A stretch of DNA of 61,120 nt, filler included, from Hausera hauseri (GCA_046269625.1; 11 parts of 11 records of this genome joined end to end with filler, not necessarily neighbours in it), one strand, 5' to 3'. Shown: positions 1-12,449, counted from the whole stretch's first letter. Notes: a model not told the origin generated them from the sequence alone. Numbers and translations: made by a program.

Positions 1-559
1 AAACATGGCGTCTGAATTGCAGGCGGGTACCGTCGCTGCAGCAGAAAAGGACTTGACTGTCGGGTATGTCTGTTTCGTTTGCACCTTTTCCGATAATTAC
101 AGAAGTCATCGTAGTAATTCGGCTCACATATTAAAGTTTCGCAGACATATAAGGCGTGTTTTCACGAGGAAGACCGTTAGCAGAGCAGTTAGCTAACAAA
201 TGATAGCTGTGCACACGAGCTACCAAAATGAAACAACAAAGCTAATTTTCTGAAAGCACAAAACGTGCCTACACCTTGTTTACTGATGGTTAAATGTCGT
301 TTCTCTTGGCACTAAGCATGTGAACTCTGCAAAGTCCAAGCGTGACAGTTTATATTTGTTAAACCTGTAAATTCTGAATAGCAGTAAAGGGTGTGTTTGT
401 GTTTCTATGCAATGCTGTAATTTAATGTGTTACGTGTCCAAATTACTAATAAAAATTTAAATTAAACTAGACGCAATTTAAGCAAATTTTTATAATTCAT
501 TATGTTTTCAACATCTTCCCTTCCGAAAGCAAGTCGCCATATCTATTTGGCGATCTTCG

Positions 560-1735
560 TGTTCGCGACGTTTGCAGTACGGCGTTATCCTGTTCGTCGG
601 CTTCTCCTGATTGAGCTAGCTGATTACGGCTAGCTAGCGTCATCGGAAACCGTTTGTCCATAATTCAGGATGTGTTCCTTTCCTTTGGCATTATAAATGT
701 CACTTCTCTGACATCTTTGTCCTTTGAGGAATGGTATAGAGCCGTTTCACCTTGTGAGAATTTTGAAACTGCCAATGCCCTTATCGCTCTACCGAATACA
801 ATCTGCGGGAGAGGCCCCTTTGGTCCTCGTGAATATCCTGTGAGGAAACAGAATTTTTTGTAGAAATTATTCAAAATTAATTTTCATTCCATGTCTTTGC
901 TGTCTGTTTTACAGTCTGGACAGCCCGTTTGGCTGCTCCATTAGATCTGGGGTTACATGAGGGTTTCCATCCTTGACGCTGCTTGGTTCTGTTGCCATGC
1001 GTTGAGTCTTGCACTCACAAATTCCGGACCATTGTCCGATACCACAATTAGGGAAACTCCAGAAACTGTTCGGAGACATTTTATAACGGTGTCTGTAGAG
1101 TGCTCGTTACAGCGAAATGCTTCAATCCAACATCTTTCTGCGTCCACGATGATTAGCACGTTCTCAATATCTGTTATATGTGCCCAATCCATGTGTATTT
1201 TTCAAATGGAGCTCCTTTCGGCTGTGTCCGTGTTCTTGTCACATTGAGGTCTGATTTTTTGGCACTCCTTGCAATCTCGTATTTGCCTGTACAGAAATTC
1301 CATTATATTTAGCCACCACGCCACCATTTGTAATCTTTGTAACGTTGATTGCATTCCGGAATGATTATCTCTGAGTCAGATTAAATATTTTACTCTTTAG
1401 TCTGGCCAGTATCACTAACTTGGTACCATTATACAACAAGCGATCTTCGATGGTTAACTTTCCCCCGATTCTCTTGTAGGGCAATTCCGCCTGAGAACAC
1501 TTATCCCATTTTCTTTGACGAATACGATTGATTTTGTTTTTTAGAATTTTGTCTCTTTTCAATTCCTCTTGCACTTCCTTCTCATCTAAGACGGAACGTT
1601 CAAAGTGGACCGGATCAGCGTAAAATAACGTCATTGTTTTCTCCTCTTCTGAATCCCCATTTACTTTGTTTCGATATTTTAATCGTGACAATGCATTCAC
1701 ATGAGGTATAGATTTTTCTGGTACAAATTGTATGT
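560..1735 (-). mobile_element. Decayed Ty3/Gypsy pol fragment (RNase H C-terminus, integrase zinc finger and core)
   Basis: Translations include IQFVPEKSIPHVNALSRL, H-H-C-C region HSGMQSTLQR...WW...CKECQK, and integrase core HMDWAHI..VLIIVDA..WIEAF..VVSDNGPEFVS. Frameshifts and stops are present. Confidence 0.85.
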
Positions 1736-1744
1736 AACCGCCTT

Positions 1745-2085
1745 AAACAATTCTTACTGTGAAAAGAATTTGTAGTCCTAACAGAAAACCGCTACAACAT
1801 TTATTTTCAAAAGTATCAGAAACTACTACGGATATATCACCAAGACTATGCAAATGGTGTCTTAAATTGGTGACATATGACTTTGACATACAATTTGTAC
1901 CAGGAAAATCTATACCTCATGTGGATGCATTGTCACTATTAAAATATCGAAAAAAAGTAAATGAGGATTCAGAAGAAGAGAAAACAATGACGTTATTTTA
2001 CGCTGATCCGGTCCACTTTGAACGTTCCGTCTTAGATGAAAAGGAAGTTCAAGAGGAATTGAAAAGAGACAAAATTCTAAAAAAC
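1745..2085 (+). mobile_element. Gypsy RNase H fragment; inverted duplicate of 1536-1735
   Basis: ORF 1759-2118 contains KPLQHLF..SPRLCKWCLKLVTYDFDIQFVPGKSIPHVDALS. Bases 1886-2085 are the near-identical reverse complement of 1536-1735. Confidence 0.85.
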
Positions 2086-2543
2086 GGTTACATGACAGTT
2101 GAACACAAGTACAGTTGAACACAGCAACAATTGAACACAAGTACAGTTGAACACAGCAACCATTGAACACAAATAAAATTGAACACAAGTACAGTTGAAC
2201 AAATTTTATTGACACAAATATCTACAAAAAACAATTGTTTCACTGGATGTTAGCTATTTTTCTCAGATATTTCATATTATCCTGTTCATTGGCATAACCT
2301 AGAACAACAGACATTACCTTTCTCATCAATATCTCATACTTCCTTTTTGGTTCTGGATTGCCAATCTCTGCATCAACCAATTCCATTTTCTACCTCAACT
2401 GAATTTGTAAATTTAGAATTATTGATCAAAGAAAATTATGTGTACCTAATTTATTATCTGATAACAGAAAAGGCAACAATTAGTGTTCAATTTTATTTGT
2501 GTTCAATGGTTGCTGTGTTCAACTGTACTTGTGTTCAATTGTA
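2085..2543. repeat. Foldback/MITE-like element with inverted arrays of a ~16-bp unit (CAGTTGAACACAAGTA-like)
   Basis: Tandem TTGAACAC units at ~2095-2200. About 60 bp of this array (2127-2186) recurs as the reverse complement at ~2484-2543. Confidence 0.7.
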
Positions 2544-5214
2544 ATATTGTTATTTTTCGGGTGTTATGTTTCGAACCCACCGAAACATAACATATATTCA
2601 GTAGAGTTACAACAATATCAAACTCTTATCTATTTCAATTTTATCTAGCTAGGATATGCAATACTTACATAAACAAGCAAATGATATAGGACTATTGAAA
2701 TTTTAAATTTGATTTCAAAATTGTGCAAAAATTCAACAAAAGTTGAAATAAAGAATATTTATCTAGTACAATCTGTCCAAAACAATTCGAAATTTAAATA
2801 CTGCCAGGTCACACAGTGTGTTACATTGATACCAGGTAATGGTTAGTTCAGCAGATTACATTTGTTCAAGTACGAAATGCATTTTAATGAGACAAAGGTT
2901 TTACATTCTTAATTTTTGTTAATCGTCTTATCGGTACTTTGGAATAAATCATTTCGTCAGTGGTCAAAATTATAAAAAAAATTTCATATTTTTTATTGAC
3001 AGCAGATTTAATTCTTTCGGTTTATGTTCTCCATTGTATTGCACATCTCACGGTACTTCTCAGTTATCCTCTGCCATGAATCAATAGCTTTATTTTTGTA
3101 GATATACATATATATACCATATTTACATTGTTATATTAATTTACGAATTCAGTCACTGAAATGTTCTTTTAGTTAGACGTTGCTGTGAGTTGTGGTAAAA
3201 TGAAAATCATGTTAGGTGTATGTGAACGGTAGATAAAGCGTCTATCCATATCGGTACTAATAGCTGAAAAAGAATGCGTTTTCAAATTAGCATAGCTGAA
3301 AACGGACGGATTCATGTGGCGGAGGTTAAATTAAAAGTATTATTTTAATAATATAAAAGGTTAAATGTTTCAATTAGACTCTTGTCTAGGATATTAGACA
3401 AAGGCTCCCAGGTATTGTATGTAAATTATATATTACATTTGAATCAAATATGACTGAAATTACTTTTCATCCCAATCCTTCCATTTGATGAAATATAGCG
3501 GTTCCTTATTCTAAAAGTTGAAAAAAAACCTGTAAGAAAACTACTTCAAAATGAATGATTTAATCATGTACATAAATCACAAAACTACTTCTTCAATTTT
3601 CCCCAAAACGTTATGAAATAACAAAATCTAACATAACAAGCCATCGTTCAGGGGTACAGTTGATATTTATATAGAATGAAAAAATTTTATTGATTTATTT
3701 TATTGTTTTACTTTACTTCATCCCGGGAGGGTGGGTGAATTTCAGATTAATCAGAAATAAAAAATGCATGTTCTGTCAAGGGAAGGGATTGCTCTTACCA
3801 TTACCTTTGGATCTGCTACTGAATTCTTCATGCGAAATATGACAAAACCTTTTATTGAAATGCCAATGATTCATGACGTTATTGGACTTCTCAGCCGTCC
3901 ATTTACTGTGCAAATCATATTCAATACTTACGACCATATTGGTTTTACAACCAGATTATACTTGTTACAAAGCACCTGTATCATTAGTAACTGTGAGTGA
4001 ATTTTACGGAATTTATCGTAGTATAAAAGTTAACGATTGTTGAAACTTTATAGCAACAATTTCTCTCACGTTTGTAATAAGCAAACTATCGCAACGTTTT
4101 TTTTTTCAATATCACTACAGGCATTGGGTAATAAAATGATTTGTTTTTAATTAAATTTTATGCTGGTCTAAATTCCGATACTCAAAGAATTGAAAACGTC
4201 CGATACATGTAATATAAAACGTTACAAGAATGCATTATAGTCAGAAAATCGATTATCCAGTTGAAAGTTACACATCTAAGTTTGTTCAAATTACCTGTAA
4301 TAATAATTATAATTGGTATCACAGTTTTTACCTCGATTTTTTGGTTGTCGTTGTTTCTAACTGCTATAATTAACTATCAATTATCTGATTGGTTGTTGGC
4401 CATTGTACAAATGAATGCAGTACCAGTTACTGTGCAACAAACTAATGTTGGTCTCAGCTTTCATATATCAATCAATGATGCGAATAAAATAGCCACACGT
4501 TTTAATCTTATCAAAACAGTTTGAAAATATGTAGATACTGATAAATTTCGATTTGCAACAAAGGTGAGTTAAAAACATGGATTTTCAATGCATATAATAT
4601 TGAAAAATGGTATTTAATAAAACAAATAGTCAGAGAGATGCAAAATTTTCATTACTTTTCTCGAGCTAAAATTATCCTTTATGTTCTGACGAAATAAAAA
4701 ATATCCATCTATAGTCAGTCAAATTTATAAATCTGGCGAATACATTTTAGGTTATTTTAACATGAAGAAAACACTTAAAGATAAACGACACACATGTTAG
4801 TCAAATCGTTAAATGGTAATTAATATGACACCCTAGCAACTTTTATCAGAAAGATAGCCGATATCAGATATGATGCCAATTTATTCATGAAGTAACAAAT
4901 TTTTGGGGCATATTTTAAAACAAATGAAAACTTCTGTTGCGAAATATTTTCCATTTACGAGAGTTATTGGGTGAGTTTAAATTGATAAAAAATGAAAATA
5001 TATTTATTCTATATTGCTAAAGAAAATTATATGAAAATCATTTCCAATGGGGAAAACTGCTTTAGTTCACGTTCCTATGTCAAACATAGAATAAAGTCAA
5101 CAAAAATCAATTAAAAAGTAGTTTAAAAGAATTAAAAATATAGACTGAATCACGTTTTAAAGCACAAATACATTTATTTAGTCAGATGTACGTTTCGTTG
5201 CAAAAAAGAACCTC

Positions 5215-5314
5215 NNNNNNNNNNNNNNNNNNNNNNNNNNNNNNNNNNNNNNNNNNNNTTAATTAATTAANNNNNNNNNNNNNNNNNNNNNNNNNNNNNN
5301 NNNNNNNNNNNNNN
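5215..5314. other. Artificial contig-join linker (N44-TTAATTAATTAA-N44, stops in all six frames)
   Basis: Identical 100-nt linkers at 5215-5314, 9823-9922, 16064-16163, 21194-21293, 26206-26305, 34861-34960, 40794-40893, 47128-47227, 51747-51846 and 56511-56610. Separate 10-N gaps occur at 35401-35410 and 56928-56937. Confidence 0.97.
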
Positions 5315-5739
5315 TTTAATGTCGCCTTCGTTTTATTTTCTGTCGAGTTTTGGCCATCAATGGATAACCGTACAATAAATGACCAAATTATAAACCTAAA
5401 CCCTGGAAATAATACTGGTGTCAGAAGCCAACATCTGTACACAGTCGCTGCACAACGAGCAAAAGTCCAATATTTTTTAATGGTCACCGATCCAGCAGGA
5501 CCAACCGTTTCCCATCAACCAGTTAATCCAAGAGAGACTGGTTGTCTCGTAATCGAAGGACAACAGTAAAAATTTAACATCCCATATCTACATCTCGGCG
5601 AAATCCAGGAATTATTTTACTTCTCCATCAACGACGCAGTCGACACAACGGATACTGTCAGTGCTGCTCCCGTCCATCCGAATAAAATGCCAAAAACCAA
5701 CGATTGCTCAAGCAATCCTCATCCCTCTCACTCACCAGA

Positions 5740-6680
5740 ATACAGTTGTCACGATATTGAAGGATCCAATACACACACTCTTTTGAAATCGCCATGTGAT
5801 TTGCCTAAAGCACTTTGTAATCTCACCCAAGGAGGGATTGTCGAACAGTTTACTACCTATATCCAGAGTTTATCAGATCGTCATTTGCAAAATCCACAAG
5901 TACATTGGAAAGAAAAGGACTGTGCACTGCTGTTCATTAATTCCATGGCATCACGTGGCGGTACCGAAAGATACGGCATTACGAATACGACCTTCGTTGA
6001 CATTGCTGCTCTCTATAAGAGTCACGTGTTGCCGGAATTATCTGGTAAAATCGGCGATAATGCAGTCGTTAAAGCCAACCGTATCAAGTATCTTATGGCA
6101 TTCCGTAATATCATCTCCCACGACGAACTGAGATCATCGATAAATTTGCTATCACAATTTGCCTGTAATCAACCTCACGTTATCCACACACATACAGCTG
6201 CTGCCGTTAATAAATCATTGACAGTTCGTTATCCGTCGTCACCCAATGTCATCAGTACTGCGGCAGATGTTAACGAAACGATGCTGTTTCGGTTGTGCGA
6301 TGCATTTCAGATCGAAGGATCAGAAGAGAATGACTATACTATGCAGGCCATTATGCGTGGTTTGAGTTTGTTGAAAACTAGTCAGCTGCCGTTGGATAAA
6401 ATTCTGCCGTTCTCACTATGAAAATTGGATTTAGCCGTTAAAAATCCGAAGAAACCACGATTTAATAATTTCCTAATGGAATCTATTGCGCTGTGCATAA
6501 AAATCGTGTTCAACAACAATCTCAATTACGTCAGTGAACTTGAAACTGCACTGGCACTGACATTCGAAGCGGTCTCTCAAAAAGAAGTCGAACATTTCTG
6601 ACCGTATATATTTTAGTTGCTGAGTCTCTTTCTAGGTCACAGTCCACCGACATGTTGGTCACCAGAAGATTCGCGCTGAA
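5740..6680 (+). pseudogene. CSE1L: Exportin-2 (CSE1/CAS) internal fragment, pseudogene
   Basis: DIEGSNTHT..CDLPKALC, NPQVHWKEKDCAL, GITNTTFVD, VVKANRIKYLMAFRN and ENDYTMQAIMRGLSLL match Cse1. After the stop at 6419 the frame continues AVKNPKKPRFNNFLMESIALCI..EVEHF*PYIF*LLSLFL with more stops. The N-terminus is missing. Confidence 0.85.
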
Positions 6681-7122
6681 TTCCGCCTGGCAAATTTAAT
6701 TTTGCCACGGGGGTGGTGTGGTGCCGTTATTCACCCAGTCGATAATTTGAACAAAAATACAAAAAAAACATTTTCGTGTTTAAAAACTTACAGTTTATTT
6801 ACGACTTGTTTTGAATTTGATATTGGATATTTCTGATTCGCCATTTTTTGGGAATTTTGATTTTCAATCCGGATTTATAACATTCAGAAACTGTTTCTAA
6901 ACCAATAAACCCTGTTTCTCTGAGTTGGAATTTTATTTATCGAGCATACATCGTTCTTACGAGAACTGAAAAATTCAGTATCGTGGCATTTTGGTTTGAT
7001 CTCAAAGACGAATGTTGAAATTTAAACATAATTGGTGTCAGAAAAAAGTAACGTTTCTTTACATTGTTCTTTAATTACATGGTTATTGTCTTCACAAAAC
7101 TATTGTTTTATAATTGCATGAT

Positions 7123-9514
7123 ATGGATTCCAAACGAGCCACAGTTAGCCTTTTTAATAAAGAACATAGCATTGCCAGGCATCATTTGGATTCATTTAAC
7201 CACTTTGTAGAAGTCGAAATGAAAGATATCGTGAAGAAAAATGGTACTATAAAGCAAGATAATAAGTGGTATCTAGAATTGAGTAATTGCGAATTGGAAA
7301 TTCCCAGTCACGAAGATCAAGCTTATGCGAAAGTTACTATCAAGCCAATGGAATGTCGATTACGAAATATCACATATGCTGCGGATATTGTTGTTTCAGT
7401 TCGGTTTGAAATGCAACATGGCTCAAATAAACCAGTGAAAGTAGAAGATCGAGTTGTTATTGGAAAATTACCGGTGATGGTAAAATCAAAACGCTGTTAT
7501 TTATATGAGAAATCTGATGAACAATTAATTCGGGATTACAACGAATGTATTTACGATGTTGGTGGATATTTTATTATTAAAGGAAAAGAAAAGGTTTTTC
7601 TTATGCAAGAGCAGATGTCAAAAAATCGAATGATTCTCGAAAGTAAGAAAATAACACGAAAAGGCGGAAAGAAATTGAAACTCTACGAAAAAATTCCTGA
7701 CAAGAATATTTGTTGTTTTGTCGTCAGTGCATCGGTTGAGAACAACATTCGGAATACGGTTTTCCGCAAATCGGGCTATTTTTATTTCTCGAATACGTTG
7801 TTTACGGAAGAAATTCCTATATTCACTTTATTTGCAGCAATGAACATGCCGGCACATTATGATATTTATCGGTCTGTCGGATTGACAAGAGACTTGCACA
7901 ACGAATTAGAAAATAGCACATTTGAAGCAGCTGAATTTGGTATTTTTTCCCAACGACAGGCACTCTTTTGGTTGATTCCCCGAATGAAATTGGATCGATG
8001 TAAAGAGTTCAAAATAAAGTCCAAACCGACGTCTCAAGAAGAAGAAGAAGCCAGTCTATATTATGCCAAACAGCTGATTGCGACCAATATATTGCACAAC
8101 GTACCCGGTACACCGGATAATCTTATCAGTCGGGCAAAATATTTGGGTCTGATGATTCGACGGATTATTCTCGCAGAGAAAGGCCAAGTGGCTTTGGATG
8201 ATAAGGATTTCTACGGTGTTAAACGTATCGATCTCGTTGGTCAATATTTGTCATTGGCATTTGTGGACAAATTCCGCACGTTTATGGGTTGTTTGGAAAA
8301 ACGAATTATCAACGCAATGCAACAAAAGAAAGCAGCACCGTTCAACATTCTGAAATTAATTGAAACCCGATGCATTACTGAAGGAATGGAATTTCATTTG
8401 CATTCAGGAAATTGGGATTTGAAGCGGTTTGCTATGTCGCGGTCGGGTGTTACACAGCATCTGGAAAGACAGGGATATTTATCAGCAATCGGACATTTGA
8501 CGCGTATCAACAGTCAGTTCTTGAAAGTCCGTAACATATCCGGTGCACGTGCAATTCATACCAGTCAGTACGGGTACGTCTGTCCCGCTGACACACCGGA
8601 AGGTGGCGATTGCGGTCTTGTGAAGAATCTCACATTTCTCGTTGAAATTACGCTGGACATGCCAGTAGAACCGCTGATCGAGCTCATTAAAAGCCGATCA
8701 AGTTTCGGTGAAGGTCTTCAATCGTATCAGAGTGACGAAGGTAAAGCATTAGTGAATGTGAATGGTGTGCCGATCGGATGGACGAAAGAACCGAGAGAAC
8801 TCGTACAACAGTTACGGACAATTCGTCGTCAACAGCCGATTATGAAACACGTCGGTGTATACTACGTGGAAGATGATGAAATGCTCTACGTTTCTTGTGA
8901 CAGTGGCCGAATGGTTCGTCCGTATATTATCGTTGAGAATGGATGCAGCAAATTGACACCAGCTGTCATATCAGGAATTGAGAACAATCGTGTCAATTGG
9001 GAATTTCTACTGGTGAACGGTATCGTTGAGTATCTCGACGCCAAAGAAGCGTTCACCGACAGTTTGGTAGCTGCCGACGAGAAATCTGTGACCCAGAAAC
9101 ACACACATTTGGATATTGATTCATCGACGATACTGGGATTGACCGCTAGTATCATTCCTTTCGCGAATCACAATCAGAGTCCTCGTAACACTTACCAATG
9201 CGCTATGGGTAAGCAGGCATTGGGTGTCATTGCCAGCAACCAACATATTCGTTTCGATGGACTCCAACATACCCTGTTTTATCCGCAACGTCCGTTGACG
9301 CTCAGTCGTGTTGGTGAACTCATCAACTACTCGAAATTGCCCGCCGGTTGCAACGCAATCGTTGCCATAACGTGTTTCGGTGGTCATGACATAGAAGATG
9401 CACTTATCATCAACAAAGCATCGTTGGAACGTGGTCTGTTTCGCAGTAGCACGAAACGTTGTTTCTGTGAAAGTATTGAAGAAAATGACGTTCTCGGTGT
9501 GCAAACTGAACGAG
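7123..9514 (+). CDS. POLR3B: RNA polymerase III second-largest subunit (RPC2), N-terminal ~800 aa in one exon; remainder not recognised in this contig
   Basis: Motifs HHLDSFNHFV, ECRLRNITYAA, GGYFIIKGKEKV, QEQMSKNR, DDKDFYGVKRIDLVGQ, GNWDLKRF, CPADTPEGGDCGLVKNL, HNQSPRNTYQCAMGKQA and GHDIEDALIINKASLERG. The GNWxLKRF and QCAMGKQA variants favour RPC2 over RPB2. First ATG is at 7123; similarity stops at a likely donor GAG|GTAATT (9514/9515). Confidence 0.85.
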
Positions 9515-9922
9515 GTAATTCGTTAATTGTTTATTTATGTCCTATTTTGATTAGAATTTCCACTGAATTTATTTTAAACTATGATTAAATATTATATTTC
9601 TTGTAACCAATTATTTATTCAATGATCTCGACTGCTGGCTTTGATTTTTAATAATTTAATGAAGCTCAAACGGACGACAAGAACTAACAAATAACGTAAG
9701 AGAAATGCAAAATATAATAGTGATTAATAATATGACAAAAAATTCGGCCAATGAAGGCAAAAAAACGCGCAATTGGAGCTTTTAAACGTGACAGCATTTC
9801 TCACTTGTTCAACTCCCCCCCCNNNNNNNNNNNNNNNNNNNNNNNNNNNNNNNNNNNNNNNNNNNNTTAATTAATTAANNNNNNNNNNNNNNNNNNNNNN
9901 NNNNNNNNNNNNNNNNNNNNNN

Positions 9923-10340
9923 ACTTCAACATTGTTTATAGATGTAGATGCCACAGGTAGGTACATTGGATTATCGAGCTTGACAGTGACATTGTCGCCA
10001 GCAGTATACTTGCTGCTTTCTGGATAAATTGCGCGGAGTAGCGGTACACGTACTCCACCGACCAAAATCGGTTCGATGACGTTCACGTAAATGTACATTT
10101 GACTTATACCAGTTTTCAGTTTAGGTTTTAGTGTTGCAACATGTGCCGTCTTCGTATTTGATGCCTGAAACTGATGTTTTTCAAAACCCAATACCATGGC
10201 CAAAGCTTTGTCCAATGAAATGTTGACAATATCTTTAGTCAGTTCAAATTTAATGTACCCATTTGCATCTGACTTGAAGACTTTAAATATCTTCTTGTAC
10301 TTTTGATCTGAAGAAGTGTTGACAGAGATGTGCTACAGAT
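9923..10340 (-). CDS. Polinton/adintovirus minor capsid protein (penton-like), partial
   Basis: LAMVLGF...GISQMYIYVNVIEPILVGGVRVPLLRAI...VKLDNPMYLPVASTSINNVE fits the Polinton minor capsid pattern (lYvYxdivEpqlVGdxxvPLLRxv...fdnPxYvPv...IEI). The 3' end is cut by a linker and the 5' limit is approximate. Confidence 0.75.
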
Positions 10341-10467
10341 TCGCAATTGACATTGTCTCCAATCGATATGTATGACGTTGACACCCTTTCTGTTTTATAG
10401 GTTAATTTCACCGTTGTCTGGTAATATACGGACTTAATTTTGGGCCAACTACATATTCATTTTTAAT

Positions 10468-10822
10468 ATGTTTACTTTTGTACTCTGTATTTTGAATGCA
10501 AATTTGTGCGCCATCTCAGAAGACTCAAAGGTAACAGTAAATTCAAAACCCTAACCGCTTGCATACATATTCGATCCACTGTTATGTGGAATCAGTTAGC
10601 ATTGAATATACAATACTTCACATTAAAGATCAAATTGACGGACAAAAGTTTACACAACTCCGTTCACACTTTCTGGAGCTGCGAATGACGACGTATTCAA
10701 CATCGAACAGCTCGCTGGCTGTGGTACCTGACAATATTAGATGTCCGTATCATGATCATGGATCGCATTGTGCTTACAAAAAATGTCTACGGATTTGTAT
10801 TGACTATATTTCATGCAAATAA
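10468..10822 (+). pseudogene. Small orphan ORF with hydrophobic N-terminus and Cys-rich C-terminus (one frameshift assumed)
   Basis: MFTFVLCILNANLCAISEDS... from ATG 10468 joins, with a +1 shift, ORF 10559-10822 ending RCPYHDHGSHCAYKKCLRICIDYISCK. It lies between the penton and RING genes. Confidence 0.3.
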
Positions 10823-10934
10823 ATAATTGTATTTCGCTGTTTCTTTTTTTTCTTTACCTAAATAAGGTCCGTCGTATTGGTCAGTTGAATAATTCAAAAA
10901 CTATAAATACGAGTAGGAAATAATATTAATCATC

Positions 10935-11408
10935 ATGGAAATAGTTAATCATTTGAAGCAATTACAAAATTTTGATGGATTATCAATTTCAGACATGGTA
11001 CGATGATGTCAAGTACTTGATAGTGATCTGGTTGCGAGCGCAGCAGGTGATTTTGGATTTAAAGATTTAGCGTCAATAGCATTGGTGACAGCAACAACAA
11101 CAGATTGCAGCTCTATAGAAGCTCTAATTATTGTGTTAAATCAAATGTACATTTACCAATTTTATGATACAAATTACTTTAATACTGTTGAAAATGTAAG
11201 AGGTGAATTAACGAACTTGAAAGAGAAAATAATACACAAGGTACGAAACTGTCAGTTGATGTGTGTACTAGTAAACAAAGAAAAGTAGATACGGTATTCT
11301 TAATGTGCGGCCATCTTGTTGTTTGAAATGTGTTTCACCAAAGTAACAACCCACCGATGTTCAGAATGTAAATGTATTATAATTGGAATTGTACACATTT
11401 ATTACTAA
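10935..11408 (+). pseudogene. C-terminal RING-finger (C3HC4, IAP/MDM2-like) protein, decayed
   Basis: TATAAATA at 10902 and ATG at 10935, in frame with ORF 11082-11288 across one TGA. Repairing two small deletions gives CVL[C]KQRKVDTVFLMCGHLVV[C]EMCFTKVTTHRCSECKCIIIGIVHIYY*. Confidence 0.7.
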
Positions 11409-11415
11409 TGAACAG

Positions 11416-11657
11416 AGACGTGGAGGTAATTTGTATCATTCTGATGAGAATACTCACAAAGTAAATCTCTTGTTTACAATGAAATATTTCTTGTTCACAT
11501 TTATTACGAATGCCTTCAATAGCGGGATGAAACAGTGTAATGGGCTTCAATGATATGGAGGTAATTTTAACTAGTATGTATCATTGTGATTACACAATAT
11601 GTATAATTGTGATGAGACAATACTCACAAAGTAAATGTCTATTGTTTACAATGAAAA
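11416..11657 (+). repeat. Imperfect direct repeat, 2 copies
   Basis: TGGAGGTAATTT...GTATCATT...GATGAGA..ATACTCACAAAGTAAAT..TTGTTTACAATGAAA at ~11416-11484 and ~11552-11657. Confidence 0.7.
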
Positions 11658-11722
11658 CAAACCGGTATGAACAAATTTGATATAGAGATGTAATTTCATT
11701 TCACTTTTGTCTTATTTAAACA

Positions 11723-12173
11723 ATGTCTTTGGAAAACAATTCAGCAGGTCACAGTCTCTCAAAAAAGCCACGGTACAGCGAATATTCGCTCAAATTCCCG
11801 ATTGTAAAATGGATACAACTTACATTATCTGCGCAACGCTATTCAATTGCCATTGATGCAAACGGTCAAAATCAAAACGGTGAAATATGGTCCATTGGTG
11901 AAAAAGATCAGCGACGATGATTTGGATACAATGGAAGACACAATTTGAAAAGTTGACAGTGGTTTGGCGTTGAGTAACGATATCGGAGATACATCGTCGA
12001 TTCTTCTCAAAGGAAATATGGCGAAAATTGTCAGTTCACATAGCGGCGAAGCAGCAGAAGTTTTGTCACCGGAAGGAGCTAAAGGCTACTTGACACTGAA
12101 GCTCAAAGGATACAAGGAAAGGAGCGGCGTCAAATCTCCATTATGGAAAATGGGGACGTTTACTATGATTTAA
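11723..12173 (+). pseudogene. Family-A element conserved ~150-aa ORF ('MSLENN', putative OB-fold/SSB), copy 1, frameshifted
   Basis: ORFs 11723-11920 and 11964-12173 together match ORF 40278-40736 and 51853-52191. Convergent with the pPolB 3' end. Confidence 0.75.
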
Positions 12174-12449
12174 CTGACCTACTTTGTGTTTTGTGATTTT
12201 AGGTTTTCTCCGATCAATAAATAAATGTATTTATGTTACATATTTTGTTTTCTCGTGCAAAGTTATTGTTTTACATTTACTTCTATCTTAAAAATAATAG
12301 GTTAAATAAGTAACCGAAAATAAAACACAAGACTAAACGAAATACGTTATTGAAATATAAGAAACAATATACATCGGATTATTGTCAATGATTGTCACAG
12401 TAACTGAACTGAACTGAATCGACAGAGCACCGATTATTTTGACGTGCGT

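Noticed and set aside
2095-2200. 16-bp repeat array as a CRISPR array
   Set aside because: The units are contiguous with no unique spacers, there are no cas genes, the context is eukaryotic, and an inverted copy lies nearby.
3764-4562. Two exon-like segments ending near GTGAGT donors
   Set aside because: No recognisable protein similarity, and the second segment has an in-frame stop before its donor.
7114-10340. RNA polymerase subunit next to a capsid gene as evidence of a giant-virus insertion
   Set aside because: They are on different contigs separated by the artificial linker at 9823-9922. The polymerase has RPC2-type motifs and a likely splice donor.
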